Below, in pieces: positions 28,028-37,816 of a DNA stretch of 64,000 nt. The stretch's first letter is position 1. Every line of letters begins with the position of its first letter. This DNA is from a virus (Duplodnaviria; Caudoviricetes), in IMG/VR virus record IMGVR_UViG_3300037067_012588. One strand, given 5' to 3'. The notes below the pieces were generated by a model that saw only the letters and a program-made list of their open reading frames with translations, searched no databases and was not told where the DNA came from. A program made the translations under genes and the position numbers.

Positions 28028-29263
28028 CTACAAAGCACGCAAAATTTTGAGAGTATACTCGGAAGTGCCACTATAGCTTGCCGAGTTCTCTATCACCGCA
28101 AGACCCAATGACAGCGTGTGTATTCTTCTCATATAGGGATAAGTCGAATAGGCATTCTGATAAAGATAGTCATAATTAGAAGGCCCATAACATTTGTTCG
28201 GGCTAGTCGCTCCAAAACCATAGGCCTGAAGTGTACTCGAAGCACCATTGTTCAAACCACCGACAAGAAAACACTGCTCTTGGCTCCAACTTCCCATAAG
28301 AATTGGAAATGATGTGTTAACATAAAGAGAATTTGCCCAATTACTCATTGAAAGCCATGTTGCTGGATTTGACCATGTTCCCGTCCAATACATCTTCACC
28401 ACGTCACCAACAATTCGGAACATCGTATATTGGTTCGCATAGAAACCGAAAAACTTATCATCTGCCACCTGATATATTTCGAAGTTCGGAGCAACATAGG
28501 TTGATGAATAAAAATACCCATTCGGGTCTGGAGAATTTGTCGCAGAAGCAGATACAGTATCACCAGACACCGTTACAAAAGCCTGATATGGTGCCGCAAA
28601 AACAGAAATCCTCCCATCCCACATTCTGATAACACGCATAGCCTCAGACATGGCGTAAGAATAATGAGAGATAATTGCAACCTCAGAACCTATTCTCGTA
28701 ATGACATTCGTTGCTATATTGAAGAGCTGACAACGAATAATCATAGATGAGTCGAGCCAAACAACAAGAACCCTGGTCGCAGAAAGAGGAATTGCATGCA
28801 GATAAGAGTTTGTTCCCGTCGTCATAGACCATGGATAATTCGTCGCAACAGGAGTCGTCGTGTTGCCGCTTGAGTTGATGATGTTTGTATTGAGGGTCGT
28901 CCCAACAAACCAACAGGAAAAAACCTTGTTATTTGTCACAGCACAAGACCCACAATAGCTTCCTGGTAAAGTCGAACTTGCTGAAAGTGTTACTGGAGTA
29001 CCATATGTTATTGTTGTCGGTGTAATTGTATACATTTGACCATACGGTATATACGTCGAAGAACCATTTTGTCTTCCATATATCGCCATGAGTTGTGAGT
29101 TACTCATCCTCAGAGTATAAGCTGTTCCTCCTTGCCCCATATGTCCTGGTCCGGCAGCCGGAGTTGCATAATAATTGTTACCACTGGAGCTAGTTATAAC
29201 TGACTTAACTCCCCATGACAACTGAGGACGAAAAACATATTTTGGTGTTCTGCTTATCTGCAT
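28028..29263 (-). CDS. beta-propeller-like protein, possibly virion or receptor-binding
   Basis: Same composition and repeats; N-terminus MQISRTPKYV. Confidence 0.65.
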   Translation of the reverse strand: MQISRTPKYVFRPQLSWGVKSVITSSSGNNYYATPAAGPGHMGQGGTAYTLRMSNSQLMAIYGRQNGSSTYIPYGQMYTITPTTITYGTPVTLSASSTLPGSYCGSCAVTNNKVFSCWFVGTTLNTNIINSSGNTTTPVATNYPWSMTTGTNSYLHAIPLSATRVLVVWLDSSMIIRCQLFNIATNVITRIGSEVAIISHYSYAMSEAMRVIRMWDGRISVFAAPYQAFVTVSGDTVSASATNSPDPNGYFYSSTYVAPNFEIYQVADDKFFGFYANQYTMFRIVGDVVKMYWTGTWSNPATWLSMSNWANSLYVNTSFPILMGSWSQEQCFLVGGLNNGASSTLQAYGFGATSPNKCYGPSNYDYLYQNAYSTYPYMRRIHTLSLGLAVIENSASYSGTSEYTLKILRAL

Positions 29264-29276
29264 TATGACCTCCTGA

Positions 29277-29308
29277 CAAAAAAGGATGACGGAAACCCGT
29301 CATCCCTT
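29277..29308 (-). terminator. intrinsic terminator
   Basis: GGATGACGG-GTTT-CCGTCATCC followed by TTTTT. Confidence 0.7.
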
Positions 29309-29337
29309 GTCAATTATCAGAAAAAAGTTTACCCGTG

Positions 29338-29574
29338 TCACTCTTGTGGCTTTTTCACAATCTTCCCGCACCGCACACAGACATCGTATTCATATGTCTT
29401 GGTAATATCATGGGCGTTCAACAACTTCTGAATGTCGTTCAAGCTCCCAGTTACTCGTTGAATCTTGATATTACCAATGGGACTCTGAACATCTTTCTCT
29501 GAATACCGTGCCTCAAATTTGTGCCCAAGCAACGCACCAATGATACCACGGCAACCTTCATCTTCAATCGTCAT
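29338..29574 (-). CDS. hypothetical protein
   Basis: C...GHKF ... CVRCG. Confidence 0.55.
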   Translation of the reverse strand: MTIEDEGCRGIIGALLGHKFEARYSEKDVQSPIGNIKIQRVTGSLNDIQKLLNAHDITKTYEYDVCVRCGKIVKKPQE

Positions 29575-29797
29575 CTTCAATCTCCTGATAATCTTCACAT
29601 ACTCCGCCACCCTCTGGATGAATCGGGCTACGTCTCTGCTTCCCGTTCAGCATCCCGCCAATAACCCATTCTCCATCCTTGCAGAAGGTACACTCAAATA
29701 TGTGCCCAGATGCCGAACTACCCATACAAACAAAGCCATCAAAACCATCACACCTTGTTTGCCAAAAGCACCACGGGACTGCGTTTTCCTTCGTCAT
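29564..29797 (-). CDS. small Cys-rich hypothetical protein
   Basis: ATGA overlap with thyX. Confidence 0.55.
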   Translation of the reverse strand: MTKENAVPWCFWQTRCDGFDGFVCMGSSASGHIFECTFCKDGEWVIGGMLNGKQRRSPIHPEGGGVCEDYQEIEDDD

Positions 29798-31269
29798 TGA
29801 TATACCTCGATATCGTCAAACAATGGCTTCGCCCATACAAGAAGCTGCTTGTGAATCATCTCACAAACCTCCCGAATCTGAGGATGCGCTGCCTTGGATG
29901 TGCGAAGCTTCATGATGTGCCGCCACTCACGAGCATTCGTCGTAACAACGAGCTCAGTCTTCAAACACGTCGGTAACACAGAACGTGCAATTTGTGGCGT
30001 ACAACCACGATCAAGCATATCACCATATAAAACCTCTGCTTGAGACATAGCTTCGCCCCAAACCCAAGAAGCCTCCTCGCAATTTACTGGAAACGGAGGA
30101 ACAATACACTGAACACGACCAACACCACAATCACGAAGCTCTATTGGACGCCCAATTGCTCTTAAAGCCCTTGATGTTTTTTCTGGATGACCGTATGGCC
30201 AATTGAAGTTCGAATACATCTTTTCACAAAGATGTTTTGCCCTAGAAGGAGTGCAAACACTAATCCTCCACAAATCGTCACAGCCGTGAACCTTGACAAC
30301 AGAGCAAGTGTTTCCAAACTCTTTCTCTAAGAAACCGGCAATATGGCCAATCAAGAACTTGTTCCCATTCCAACAAATATTTACAGACTCTGTTTTTCCT
30401 TGGTTTTTCTGCTCAAAAAACCGAAGACTACCATCACCATCCAAAAGACCACGCATAAAATCAAGCCTGAAGTCTCTGACACTTTCCCACAAACTACCAA
30501 CCTCTTCCTCTGACCACTCAAAAGACTTCCTTGGCCGAATGCCGTGACGATACAAATCTTCCCATAACTCTTTGGATGTTATAGTATATTGTTTACAAGA
30601 TCCATCTTTGTACCCAGACACTTGTGGGTGTATAAAGTCAGAAACAAATTGTTTTATAAACCATCCATCTTTTTGTGTTATGGATAATGATTGCCCATTA
30701 TCTCTCATTGACCCATCTGCTGCAAACATCCCAAGAAACCAAGCCTTTTCTGGACTATCTATAACACTCATGAAATCGTGAATAACTTTTCCATGATTGT
30801 TCTTTGACCTGATACTTACTCCTCCCTCAATCAATGCATTCCGAACATCCCACTCTGTCATGATTCCATTACTTATCTCTGAAATCTTTCTCATTGAAAG
30901 ACCATCTTCATAGAGCTTGCAAACAGTCTCCTCGTTGAATGCAATAACCTTGTCTTTGTAACGAACATACCTTGTCGACTCCTGCGCAAAACTCGGAATA
31001 CGGTGGCGAACGAACTCGTGCGTCACGCCCCTGTCTGTGATGATATGAAAGCTCGCCGAAACATGCTCGATCATCGCAGTATGGTCACGTTCGACAAGAC
31101 CACGAACAAACTTCTCAGCACGCTCACGACAAGCTGGACACTTCCCATCTTTGCATTCGCACGTCATTTTTTCTTCGGACTTGTAACAAACACGACCGAT
31201 ACGCTCAATCGTGAAGATTGGCTCTTCTGTGGCCCAAATCAAACTGACTGACGGCTCAACAATCTTCAT
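29794..31269 (-). CDS. thyX: flavin-dependent thymidylate synthase with an in-frame LAGLIDADG insertion
   Basis: HEFVRHR..SFAQESTRY, ARSVLP, NAREWRH, AHPQIR. Confidence 0.9.
   Translation of the reverse strand: MKIVEPSVSLIWATEEPIFTIERIGRVCYKSEEKMTCECKDGKCPACRERAEKFVRGLVERDHTAMIEHVSASFHIITDRGVTHEFVRHRIPSFAQESTRYVRYKDKVIAFNEETVCKLYEDGLSMRKISEISNGIMTEWDVRNALIEGGVSIRSKNNHGKVIHDFMSVIDSPEKAWFLGMFAADGSMRDNGQSLSITQKDGWFIKQFVSDFIHPQVSGYKDGSCKQYTITSKELWEDLYRHGIRPRKSFEWSEEEVGSLWESVRDFRLDFMRGLLDGDGSLRFFEQKNQGKTESVNICWNGNKFLIGHIAGFLEKEFGNTCSVVKVHGCDDLWRISVCTPSRAKHLCEKMYSNFNWPYGHPEKTSRALRAIGRPIELRDCGVGRVQCIVPPFPVNCEEASWVWGEAMSQAEVLYGDMLDRGCTPQIARSVLPTCLKTELVVTTNAREWRHIMKLRTSKAAHPQIREVCEMIHKQLLVWAKPLFDDIEVYQ
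30130..30950 (-). mobile_element. HTH plus double-motif LAGLIDADG homing endonuclease inserted in thyX (boundaries approximate)
   Basis: AWFLGMFAADGS and DFMRGLLDGDGS; appears more AT-rich than the flanks. Confidence 0.8.
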
Positions 31270-31494
31270 TCACTCGCCTCCTAACAAGACATGTTCTGTA
31301 ACGTAAGGACAATAACTCGGAACCTCACTCGTTCTGGTAATTTTACCATTCGGGCAACGAACAATACCTTTCGCCCAAGTTTCCTCATCCCTTGGACATT
31401 TCAGAGAACCCCAAGGAACTGGAGTTTTTTCTCTTCCAGTATTCGTAATAGCCATACAAGCCTTGCAAATCCTCTTCGATAAAACGCAACTCAT
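31270..31494 (-). CDS. CxxC...CPYxxEH-family small Cys-rich protein
   Basis: KRICKAC...WAKGIVRCP...PSYCPYVTEHVL. Confidence 0.78.
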   Translation of the reverse strand: MSCVLSKRICKACMAITNTGREKTPVPWGSLKCPRDEETWAKGIVRCPNGKITRTSEVPSYCPYVTEHVLLGGE

Positions 31495-31694
31495 TCTGAA
31501 ACGACATGTTCAAGTAAAAATGGACACCAGTCTTTTAGTTTCTTGTCCACGTGATATCCCTCATCACCAACATGAGGCTTATGCGGACAACTCACAAGGC
31601 CTCTTCTCCATAAATCATCAAACACAATCTGCGAGAACTCTGGGTTCACCTTCTTCTGACAAAGCATACACAATGAACGGTTAGCGATTGTCAT
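31491..31694 (-). CDS. CxxC...CPFxxEH-family small Cys-rich protein
   Basis: SLCMLC...WRRGLVSCP...WCPFLLEHVVSE. Confidence 0.78.
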   Translation of the reverse strand: MTIANRSLCMLCQKKVNPEFSQIVFDDLWRRGLVSCPHKPHVGDEGYHVDKKLKDWCPFLLEHVVSE

Positions 31695-31707
31695 TTTATT
31701 TGTCTTG

Positions 31708-32049
31708 TTAAGAAACAGGAACTATCATTTTTCCAGTTCCACTACAGGATGAACAACACACGTTTCCATACCCAACCGACATACCGTAAACCAGCCCATA
31801 TCCAGAACAAGCAACACAAGGAACCTCTCTCAAGGGAACAATTTTCCCATCAACTTTTGATATCCTCTTTTTTTCTTCTTCGAACATCGGAGTGAAAGTA
31901 TCTTTCTCAAAAGAAATATCTGTTCCGCAAACTTCTGAGTCTTTGTTCTGAGTGGAAAAATCTTCGGCATCTCTGAGAAAACGCCATACAAAAGAACCAG
32001 CAGGTAAAATACCCGAATCATTATCTATACGTTTTACTGAAAATAACAT
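31708..32049 (-). CDS. protein with DnaJ-like CxxCxGxG repeats
   Basis: CVACSGYG, CSSCSGTG. Confidence 0.6.
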   Translation of the reverse strand: MLFSVKRIDNDSGILPAGSFVWRFLRDAEDFSTQNKDSEVCGTDISFEKDTFTPMFEEEKKRISKVDGKIVPLREVPCVACSGYGLVYGMSVGYGNVCCSSCSGTGKMIVPVS

Positions 32050-32062
32050 TTCTTCCCTCTCG

Positions 32063-32353
32063 TCATTTAGAACTGATATTCGGAAGACTGATGTGTCGCA
32101 AAACACGATATATCTTTGCCTCTTTTGTCAGAGACCTTATCGAATCGTCAGAACCCTTGACCTCTTCAGTATCTTTGAACCAATCAGCATCAACAGCATA
32201 GACAGTATATTCACCCAACTGATTCGTCGCTTCGAGGTAACAGTAGGCACCCTTGTAAAAACGCCACACTGAGCCTCCTATTCCTTTCTTGGCACCTCCT
32301 GGATTATCGATATACTGCTCATATCCTGCCGTCCTCCCGACCGTGAATATCAT
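32063..32353 (-). CDS. hypothetical protein
   Basis: AAGGAG RBS. Confidence 0.6.
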   Translation of the reverse strand: MIFTVGRTAGYEQYIDNPGGAKKGIGGSVWRFYKGAYCYLEATNQLGEYTVYAVDADWFKDTEEVKGSDDSIRSLTKEAKIYRVLRHISLPNISSK

Positions 32354-33662
32354 GTTTTCTCCTTAACCATCGATGCTCTATGGCAGCGGACATACACAAC
32401 TCTTGAGCCTGTGCTGCAGTGACAGGAAAAAGATGCCCAAGATTATCGACAAACGTCTTTCTCTCACACTCATCCCAATCGTAAAGAATATTTTTCGCCA
32501 AAAACTCAACACCTTCACGACCAATACGTTCACACTTGATAACATGATCAATACGACCTGGACGAAGGATTATACTGTCTTCACCCCTGTAATCCACCAA
32601 GGCCTTATCAAGCTTCTCTGGATAATTTGTTGTGATAACCATGAAGATTCCGTTACGATGGTCAACACCATCAATGGTGTTCAAAAAAGAGTCGAAAGTC
32701 ATTCCGATATTTGTTTGAGTTTTGCATCGAAACTCACGACCATCAAAAACAGCATCGAAGTCTTCTATTAGACAAATAATACCATCAGAGTCTCCATGCC
32801 AAGTCTCTAAAAACAACTTATTGTCAAAGTTCTCAAGATGGAAAACTCTCACGGGTATATCGAGACGTCTCGATATATTGTAAACCATAGAGGTCTTGCC
32901 TGTTCCTGGTTCTCCATATAACAACGCACCACGCTTCCATTGGATACAAGTTTTTTCATACCAATTCTTTGATTCAAGCCAAAATTCAATGTCCTTATAA
33001 AGACTTTCCTCTGCTTTCGTTTCATAATGACTCGGAGAAGAAAATCCGTTTTTCTCAACAAAACCCAAACTGTTTCGATTTTCACAGTGAATAATATTAT
33101 TTATTCCGTAATAATTTGACCGAAATCCATTTGACCAATAACTAGAACCAGTAGAAGAGCAAATAGGCTCATCTTCGTTTTTAGATTTTACTGGGCCTTC
33201 TTTGCTATAATCGTTTCCCCATCGATGACTAATATACCATCGATTTTCTTCGTTGTTTTTTTCTTCTACAGCCATACATTCTTTGAAAAAAGAATGTGGA
33301 TTAAATAACCAACGAACATATGTAAATGAAACTTTCGAATCTTGAATCGAAAGAACAACTGGACAAAGCCATCTATAAAGCCAAAATATATTCCCGTAAA
33401 TATTCTGCTCACAAACGACATTTTGTGAGGAAGACCCGTCCTTGTTTGTCCAACGACAGAGACAAAGATATTTACCTCCAAGACGAAAATATCTTTTTCC
33501 TTCCATTATTTTTTTGCACAACTTGAATACGAAATCTCCGTAATCACATTCAACAGAAGCCGTGATAACAACAAGATTTCTCAAATATGAAACCATCGAC
33601 CGCAGGTGTTCCCAACCTGCGGCGATGATTCCTCCACCAATCCCAACAGCCGCCAAATTCAT
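32319..33662 (-). CDS. AAA+ ATPase (BCS1-like arrangement)
   Basis: RGALLYGEPGTGKTS, LIEDFD, FLNTIDG, TTNYPEKLDKAL, RPGRID. Confidence 0.88.
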   Translation of the reverse strand: MNLAAVGIGGGIIAAGWEHLRSMVSYLRNLVVITASVECDYGDFVFKLCKKIMEGKRYFRLGGKYLCLCRWTNKDGSSSQNVVCEQNIYGNIFWLYRWLCPVVLSIQDSKVSFTYVRWLFNPHSFFKECMAVEEKNNEENRWYISHRWGNDYSKEGPVKSKNEDEPICSSTGSSYWSNGFRSNYYGINNIIHCENRNSLGFVEKNGFSSPSHYETKAEESLYKDIEFWLESKNWYEKTCIQWKRGALLYGEPGTGKTSMVYNISRRLDIPVRVFHLENFDNKLFLETWHGDSDGIICLIEDFDAVFDGREFRCKTQTNIGMTFDSFLNTIDGVDHRNGIFMVITTNYPEKLDKALVDYRGEDSIILRPGRIDHVIKCERIGREGVEFLAKNILYDWDECERKTFVDNLGHLFPVTAAQAQELCMSAAIEHRWLRRKHDIHGREDGRI

Positions 33663-33701
33663 AACACGTTCCTTTCGACGAATTCACGCCAGAATAATAA
33701 A

Positions 33702-33923
33702 TCAAAACGGCGGAAGCTCAGGGTTTTCTTGGCAAACCAAACGGTCAAGCTCACAACGCAATTTCGAAAGCGACGCAACAACACAATTCACATATCTTGA
33801 CGCCTTCGAACATGAACCGTAAGCCTTTCCAGCCTTCAATTTAAGAAGCTCATCGTGAATGTCGGCAAGTTTCTTTGAAACAACATTGTGCTCTTCAATG
33901 GAAAATCCTTTCTTTTTCTTCAT
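33702..33923 (-). CDS. hypothetical protein
   Basis: ATGA overlap with the MazG-like gene. Confidence 0.55.
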   Translation of the reverse strand: MKKKKGFSIEEHNVVSKKLADIHDELLKLKAGKAYGSCSKASRYVNCVVASLSKLRCELDRLVCQENPELPPF

Positions 33924-34264
33924 CGATTGTCTCCGTTCCCCTGCAATACCCCACGCTGCTGACGAGACAACAGCTTCTGGATATTCGTATCAGCAATGTC
34001 ACTCATCGACAAACCAACCTCGGCAGCAACATTCGCTACATACCAAAGAACGTCCCCGAGCTCCTTCTTGATCTCTTCCTGAAACTCAGGCGTAACAACG
34101 CCATCCTTGTCCCGAATGAGTTTTTTGAACTTCTCGGCAACCTCACCAGCCTCACCAGACAATCCAAGAACTGGGTAAACGTAATTCGACCCAATCGATG
34201 GATAAATCGCCGTGCTGCGTGCAGCAGCTTGATATTCATCCATTCCAACAATCTTCTTTTCCAT
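33920..34264 (-). CDS. MazG-like nucleotide pyrophosphohydrolase
   Basis: GLSGEAGEVAEKFKK, ELGDVLWY, NIQKL. Confidence 0.9.
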   Translation of the reverse strand: MEKKIVGMDEYQAAARSTAIYPSIGSNYVYPVLGLSGEAGEVAEKFKKLIRDKDGVVTPEFQEEIKKELGDVLWYVANVAAEVGLSMSDIADTNIQKLLSRQQRGVLQGNGDNR

Positions 34265-34373
34265 AACAATCCCTTTCAAAAAACAATCGAAAACCAAATC
34301 TACCTGACTATATTATACGATAACCTCCATACTCATCAGTATAATATCATCGGATATTTTACGGAGAAAAAGA

Positions 34374-35018
34374 ATGTTTGAAGTCATTTCATGTGACAAA
34401 TCAACCTGTGATAAATGGGTAAGCACAAAACACTACAGCAGAAGACCTTCCATTTTCTGGAATGGATTCTGTTTGGTCATCGATGGGAAAATTGAAGGCG
34501 TCATTGTCTATGGCCAGCCAAGCGCACCAATACAAAAACATGCCTTCGCTGACAGAGACTTCAGGCTTTATGAACTTACAAGACTTGTTGTCCAGACCAA
34601 AGAAAAGAACGCTGCAAGCTATCTGATAAGCCACAGCCTTAAGATGCTCGAACGACCATGTGCCGTTGTGAGCTACGCCGATACAGCCCACGGACATTGT
34701 GGTATTGTTTACCAAGCAACGAACTGGATATACACTGGCGCAACAATATCACACGATAAACTGTACATGGTTGACGGAAAGCTTCTTCACCCCATGACAC
34801 TGCGAGACCGTGGAATTACATCTCCAATGAAATGGGCTAAAGAAAACAACATCGAGGTTGTGAAGCCAAAAGAAAAACACAGATATTTCTATCTCTGTGG
34901 AAGCAAGGTCCAATGCAAGTCCATGACACGAAAGCTGAAATACGGAGTTGTCGAGAAATACCCCAAGCTGGAAAAGACACTCTACGATGATGGAGAAAAC
35001 ATCTGCGATTATGTCTGA
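34374..35018 (+). CDS. Mom-like GNAT DNA-modification protein
   Basis: HYS, GVIVYG.P, YELTRL, VVSYAD..GH.G.VYQATNWIYTG. Confidence 0.8.
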   Translation: MFEVISCDKSTCDKWVSTKHYSRRPSIFWNGFCLVIDGKIEGVIVYGQPSAPIQKHAFADRDFRLYELTRLVVQTKEKNAASYLISHSLKMLERPCAVVSYADTAHGHCGIVYQATNWIYTGATISHDKLYMVDGKLLHPMTLRDRGITSPMKWAKENNIEVVKPKEKHRYFYLCGSKVQCKSMTRKLKYGVVEKYPKLEKTLYDDGENICDYV

Positions 35019-35026
35019 TACCTATG

Positions 35027-35060
35027 AAAAAAAGAGCCGCTCAATTGAGCGGCTCTTCTC
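35027..35060. terminator. bidirectional intrinsic terminator
   Basis: AAGAGCCGCTCA-AT-TGAGCGGCTCTT between convergent genes, with an A-tract flank. Confidence 0.8.
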
Positions 35061-35084
35061 ATTTGGTCGTTTGCGAGACAAACA

Positions 35085-36188
35085 TCAAGCAGGAACTTCC
35101 CAATCCTCAACCTCGTACAGAAGCCGAGTATTCGCAACAAGCTTCCTGTTTGAGGACGTCGACTGGACAAACACATAGAAATTTTCCAAATCGACAGGAC
35201 GAAGCTTCACATCTTCACGTTCCTCGTCCTTCTTGCCTGCTTGTGGCGGCAACCCAAGCAGCGCACGAACTTCACCACCGTTGAAGATATCACCAGACAA
35301 CTTGTCAACCAAGACAATCTCTTTGTATCCCTGAATCTTCTCAGGTTTTGTGAGCTCGTAGAACCCACGACCCTTCTTGAATGACGCACCCTGCGAACGC
35401 ACGAAGTCCGCAATACCTTCTTCGTGGTCAACCATCAGCGTCTGGAAGCGCCCAGCAGGAACCGCATTCAACCCACCCGCAGCAGAAGCGATATGAACAG
35501 GCTTGCGACCAAGGAGGGTGGACATCACCGTTGACATGTGCCTCGTCATACGCCCAGAGGAAGCCAACTCTTTTTCAAACGTCTCAAGCTTCTCGGAGCT
35601 TTCCTGCTTGAAGCAACAGGCGAGAATCAAATCGGTAACAGCACCGAACTGATCAAGAGTCAGGTAGAAACCGCCCGTCTTTTTGGCAATCTCCTCATAA
35701 AACATCTTCGAGTGCCTACGGCAACCAGGCATGGCATGGACACCGTACACGTTCACACCCATCTCGCAAAGCAACTCCATCTCGTTTCGCCAATCGATTT
35801 TTTCACGATTCATCTTGTAATCAATCCCGTGCGGAACATCATCACCGATAACGATGAGAACCTTGCTACGCCCTGATTGCCAATTCAAAGCACGGGCTTT
35901 CTTGAGAACAAGCTCGTAACATTCTGGAGCATCCCCGCCGTATGTCGGCAGGACACCCTCAACGAAACTGCAGATTTTCTTCTCATCGGAACTGAAATCG
36001 AGAATTTTTGTGACATAGGGGTTGTTTTCATCGCAGTAGTCACCGTGAGCGATGATTGACATCCTCAATCCAGAAACTTCTGAAAAAAGCCTCTTTGTCA
36101 TCGATGCTACCACACGCCGCACTTGTGTCAAACACGGATACATCGAGCCAGTTGTGTCGAACGACACACATACATCCACACTTTCCAT
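35085..36188 (-). CDS. von Willebrand factor A domain protein
   Basis: MIDAS DTTGSM, GDYCD, GGDAPECYE, IGDDVPH. Confidence 0.85.
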   Translation of the reverse strand: MESVDVCVSFDTTGSMYPCLTQVRRVVASMTKRLFSEVSGLRMSIIAHGDYCDENNPYVTKILDFSSDEKKICSFVEGVLPTYGGDAPECYELVLKKARALNWQSGRSKVLIVIGDDVPHGIDYKMNREKIDWRNEMELLCEMGVNVYGVHAMPGCRRHSKMFYEEIAKKTGGFYLTLDQFGAVTDLILACCFKQESSEKLETFEKELASSGRMTRHMSTVMSTLLGRKPVHIASAAGGLNAVPAGRFQTLMVDHEEGIADFVRSQGASFKKGRGFYELTKPEKIQGYKEIVLVDKLSGDIFNGGEVRALLGLPPQAGKKDEEREDVKLRPVDLENFYVFVQSTSSNRKLVANTRLLYEVEDWEVPA

Positions 36189-36209
36189 TTTGTTCTCCTT
36201 CGTTTTCCT

Positions 36210-36557
36210 TCATTTTTCCTTCAATGGTTTTCTTGCAGACCACAAGTCTTCATAGAATTTGAGATTCTTTTTTATTATACGCTTGTTGATACTGATTTTG
36301 AAAAAGCTTTCACGGAGCAAATGCTTCGCAACCTTGTTCGAAACCATTGTCGTTTCACTCCGGTTCGGATCATCAATATACAAAGCGCACTTGACAGGCG
36401 AACTGGTGTATTGACTCGGCTCATCTCCGAACCGCACAACAACAGACCCATCATCGCAATTCGGACACAAATAAATGTCATATTTCAGATAGCGACCGAG
36501 AAACATACACCTGTCACAATCATGAACGAATTGAGGAGTACCTTTCATCGAAAACAT
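36210..36557 (-). CDS. hypothetical protein
   Basis: HDCDRC.FLG...DIY.C. Confidence 0.6.
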   Translation of the reverse strand: MFSMKGTPQFVHDCDRCMFLGRYLKYDIYLCPNCDDGSVVVRFGDEPSQYTSSPVKCALYIDDPNRSETTMVSNKVAKHLLRESFFKISINKRIIKKNLKFYEDLWSARKPLKEK

Positions 36558-36652
36558 TCACTCACCTCCAGAAATCATACGCTTCAGGTTCGACCAAAAA
36601 CCTTTCAACTCGCTCTTCGGCTCAGTAAGTGCCTCGAATGATGATTTCTTGT

Positions 36653-37780
36653 TCAGACATTCTCAACACCACCCTTGTCGAATTCGTTTTGTGTTGCCCA
36701 ATACATGAACGCTACCTGACTAAGCGCCATCACAAGCATAACCACAATCACTCCCCACCAAGGTGCTTCAACAGCGATATAGTCGAATTTCGACCAGTCC
36801 TTGATTTGATAGTTGGCTCGAATCTCTGCCTCCACCTTCGGGATAATCGTGTCATCGATTTTGTTTTCAAGAAGAATCGTCTCAAGATTCCGCTTGACCA
36901 ACATGGATTCTGTCCATCCAAACACATACGCCCAAGTTGTATTGGAGCGTGAACCTCCATAACACAGCACAAGGTCGTTCTTTTTTCCACCAATCCACTT
37001 AGCTTCCTGCAAATGAGCGATTGAGGAATCCTTTTCGCCAAAACCAATTAGGAACACATTCACCTTCTTGCTGGCTCCAAGGCGAGTATTCATCTGACCC
37101 CATCGAAAACCGTTCACAGACGCCGTAGCAGCCCCAAGGCAGCGTTTGGTAGCCATATTGCCATCATCCCCCACCCAATCGAACACAGGCGTTCCTACAG
37201 GCACATCTGCGAAGGAAAACACAGTCGGGGAACACTTCACTCGGTTCTCGAAGGAATGAACACTTGTTATTGGATAAATCTCGCCTTTTGTATTGTGGCA
37301 ATAGTAATCGTTTCGATCACCGCCGTCAAATCCATGACGACTTCCACGTTTTGGAACAATTACACCGCCTAAAAACTTGGCAATTCCATTGTATTGGTCT
37401 TCTGTAATGTCCCGTTCGACTTCATCAGTCCCACCATAACTCTCGAACGAAGACCAATGAGGATGGTGAGTTTTGTGTTCGGTTGTGTAATAGGTTTCCG
37501 TGTGAGCATTTTTTCCCGAACCAATTATCCTTGTGTGGCTCTCCTGATATTCCTCAATCCACTTTGGGTAGTGAACAACGTATTCCACCTTACCAGACCA
37601 AATCTCGTGGTCAGTTGTCATACCAGACACAATCAGGACATGAACAATGGCAGTGGTCATAAAGCCAAGCGCAGACGAGGCAAGCCACTCCCACCAAACA
37701 ACATTCTTGTTATTTATCCACATCGCCGCACCAACAGCAACAGGGATACAGGCAAGCAAATAATACATCCACATGGGCAC
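36653..37780 (-). CDS. membrane protein
   Basis: Two N-terminal and one C-terminal TM segments. Confidence 0.75.
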   Translation of the reverse strand: MPMWMYYLLACIPVAVGAAMWINNKNVVWWEWLASSALGFMTTAIVHVLIVSGMTTDHEIWSGKVEYVVHYPKWIEEYQESHTRIIGSGKNAHTETYYTTEHKTHHPHWSSFESYGGTDEVERDITEDQYNGIAKFLGGVIVPKRGSRHGFDGGDRNDYYCHNTKGEIYPITSVHSFENRVKCSPTVFSFADVPVGTPVFDWVGDDGNMATKRCLGAATASVNGFRWGQMNTRLGASKKVNVFLIGFGEKDSSIAHLQEAKWIGGKKNDLVLCYGGSRSNTTWAYVFGWTESMLVKRNLETILLENKIDDTIIPKVEAEIRANYQIKDWSKFDYIAVEAPWWGVIVVMLVMALSQVAFMYWATQNEFDKGGVENV

Positions 37781-37807
37781 TTCACTCCTCTTCTAGAGAC
37801 ACAAGAA

Positions 37808-37815
37808 CATCGTCC
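37808..37815 (-). promoter_or_regulatory. GGACGATG upstream motif
   Basis: Intergenic, about 28 nt upstream of the start at 37780. Confidence 0.55.
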
Positions 37816-37816
37816 G

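Noticed and set aside
30130-30950. Canonical intein in thyX
   Set aside because: No Hint blocks or terminal His-Asn are visible, and a lone Gln-Cys at VQC is insufficient; reported as an in-frame endonuclease insertion instead
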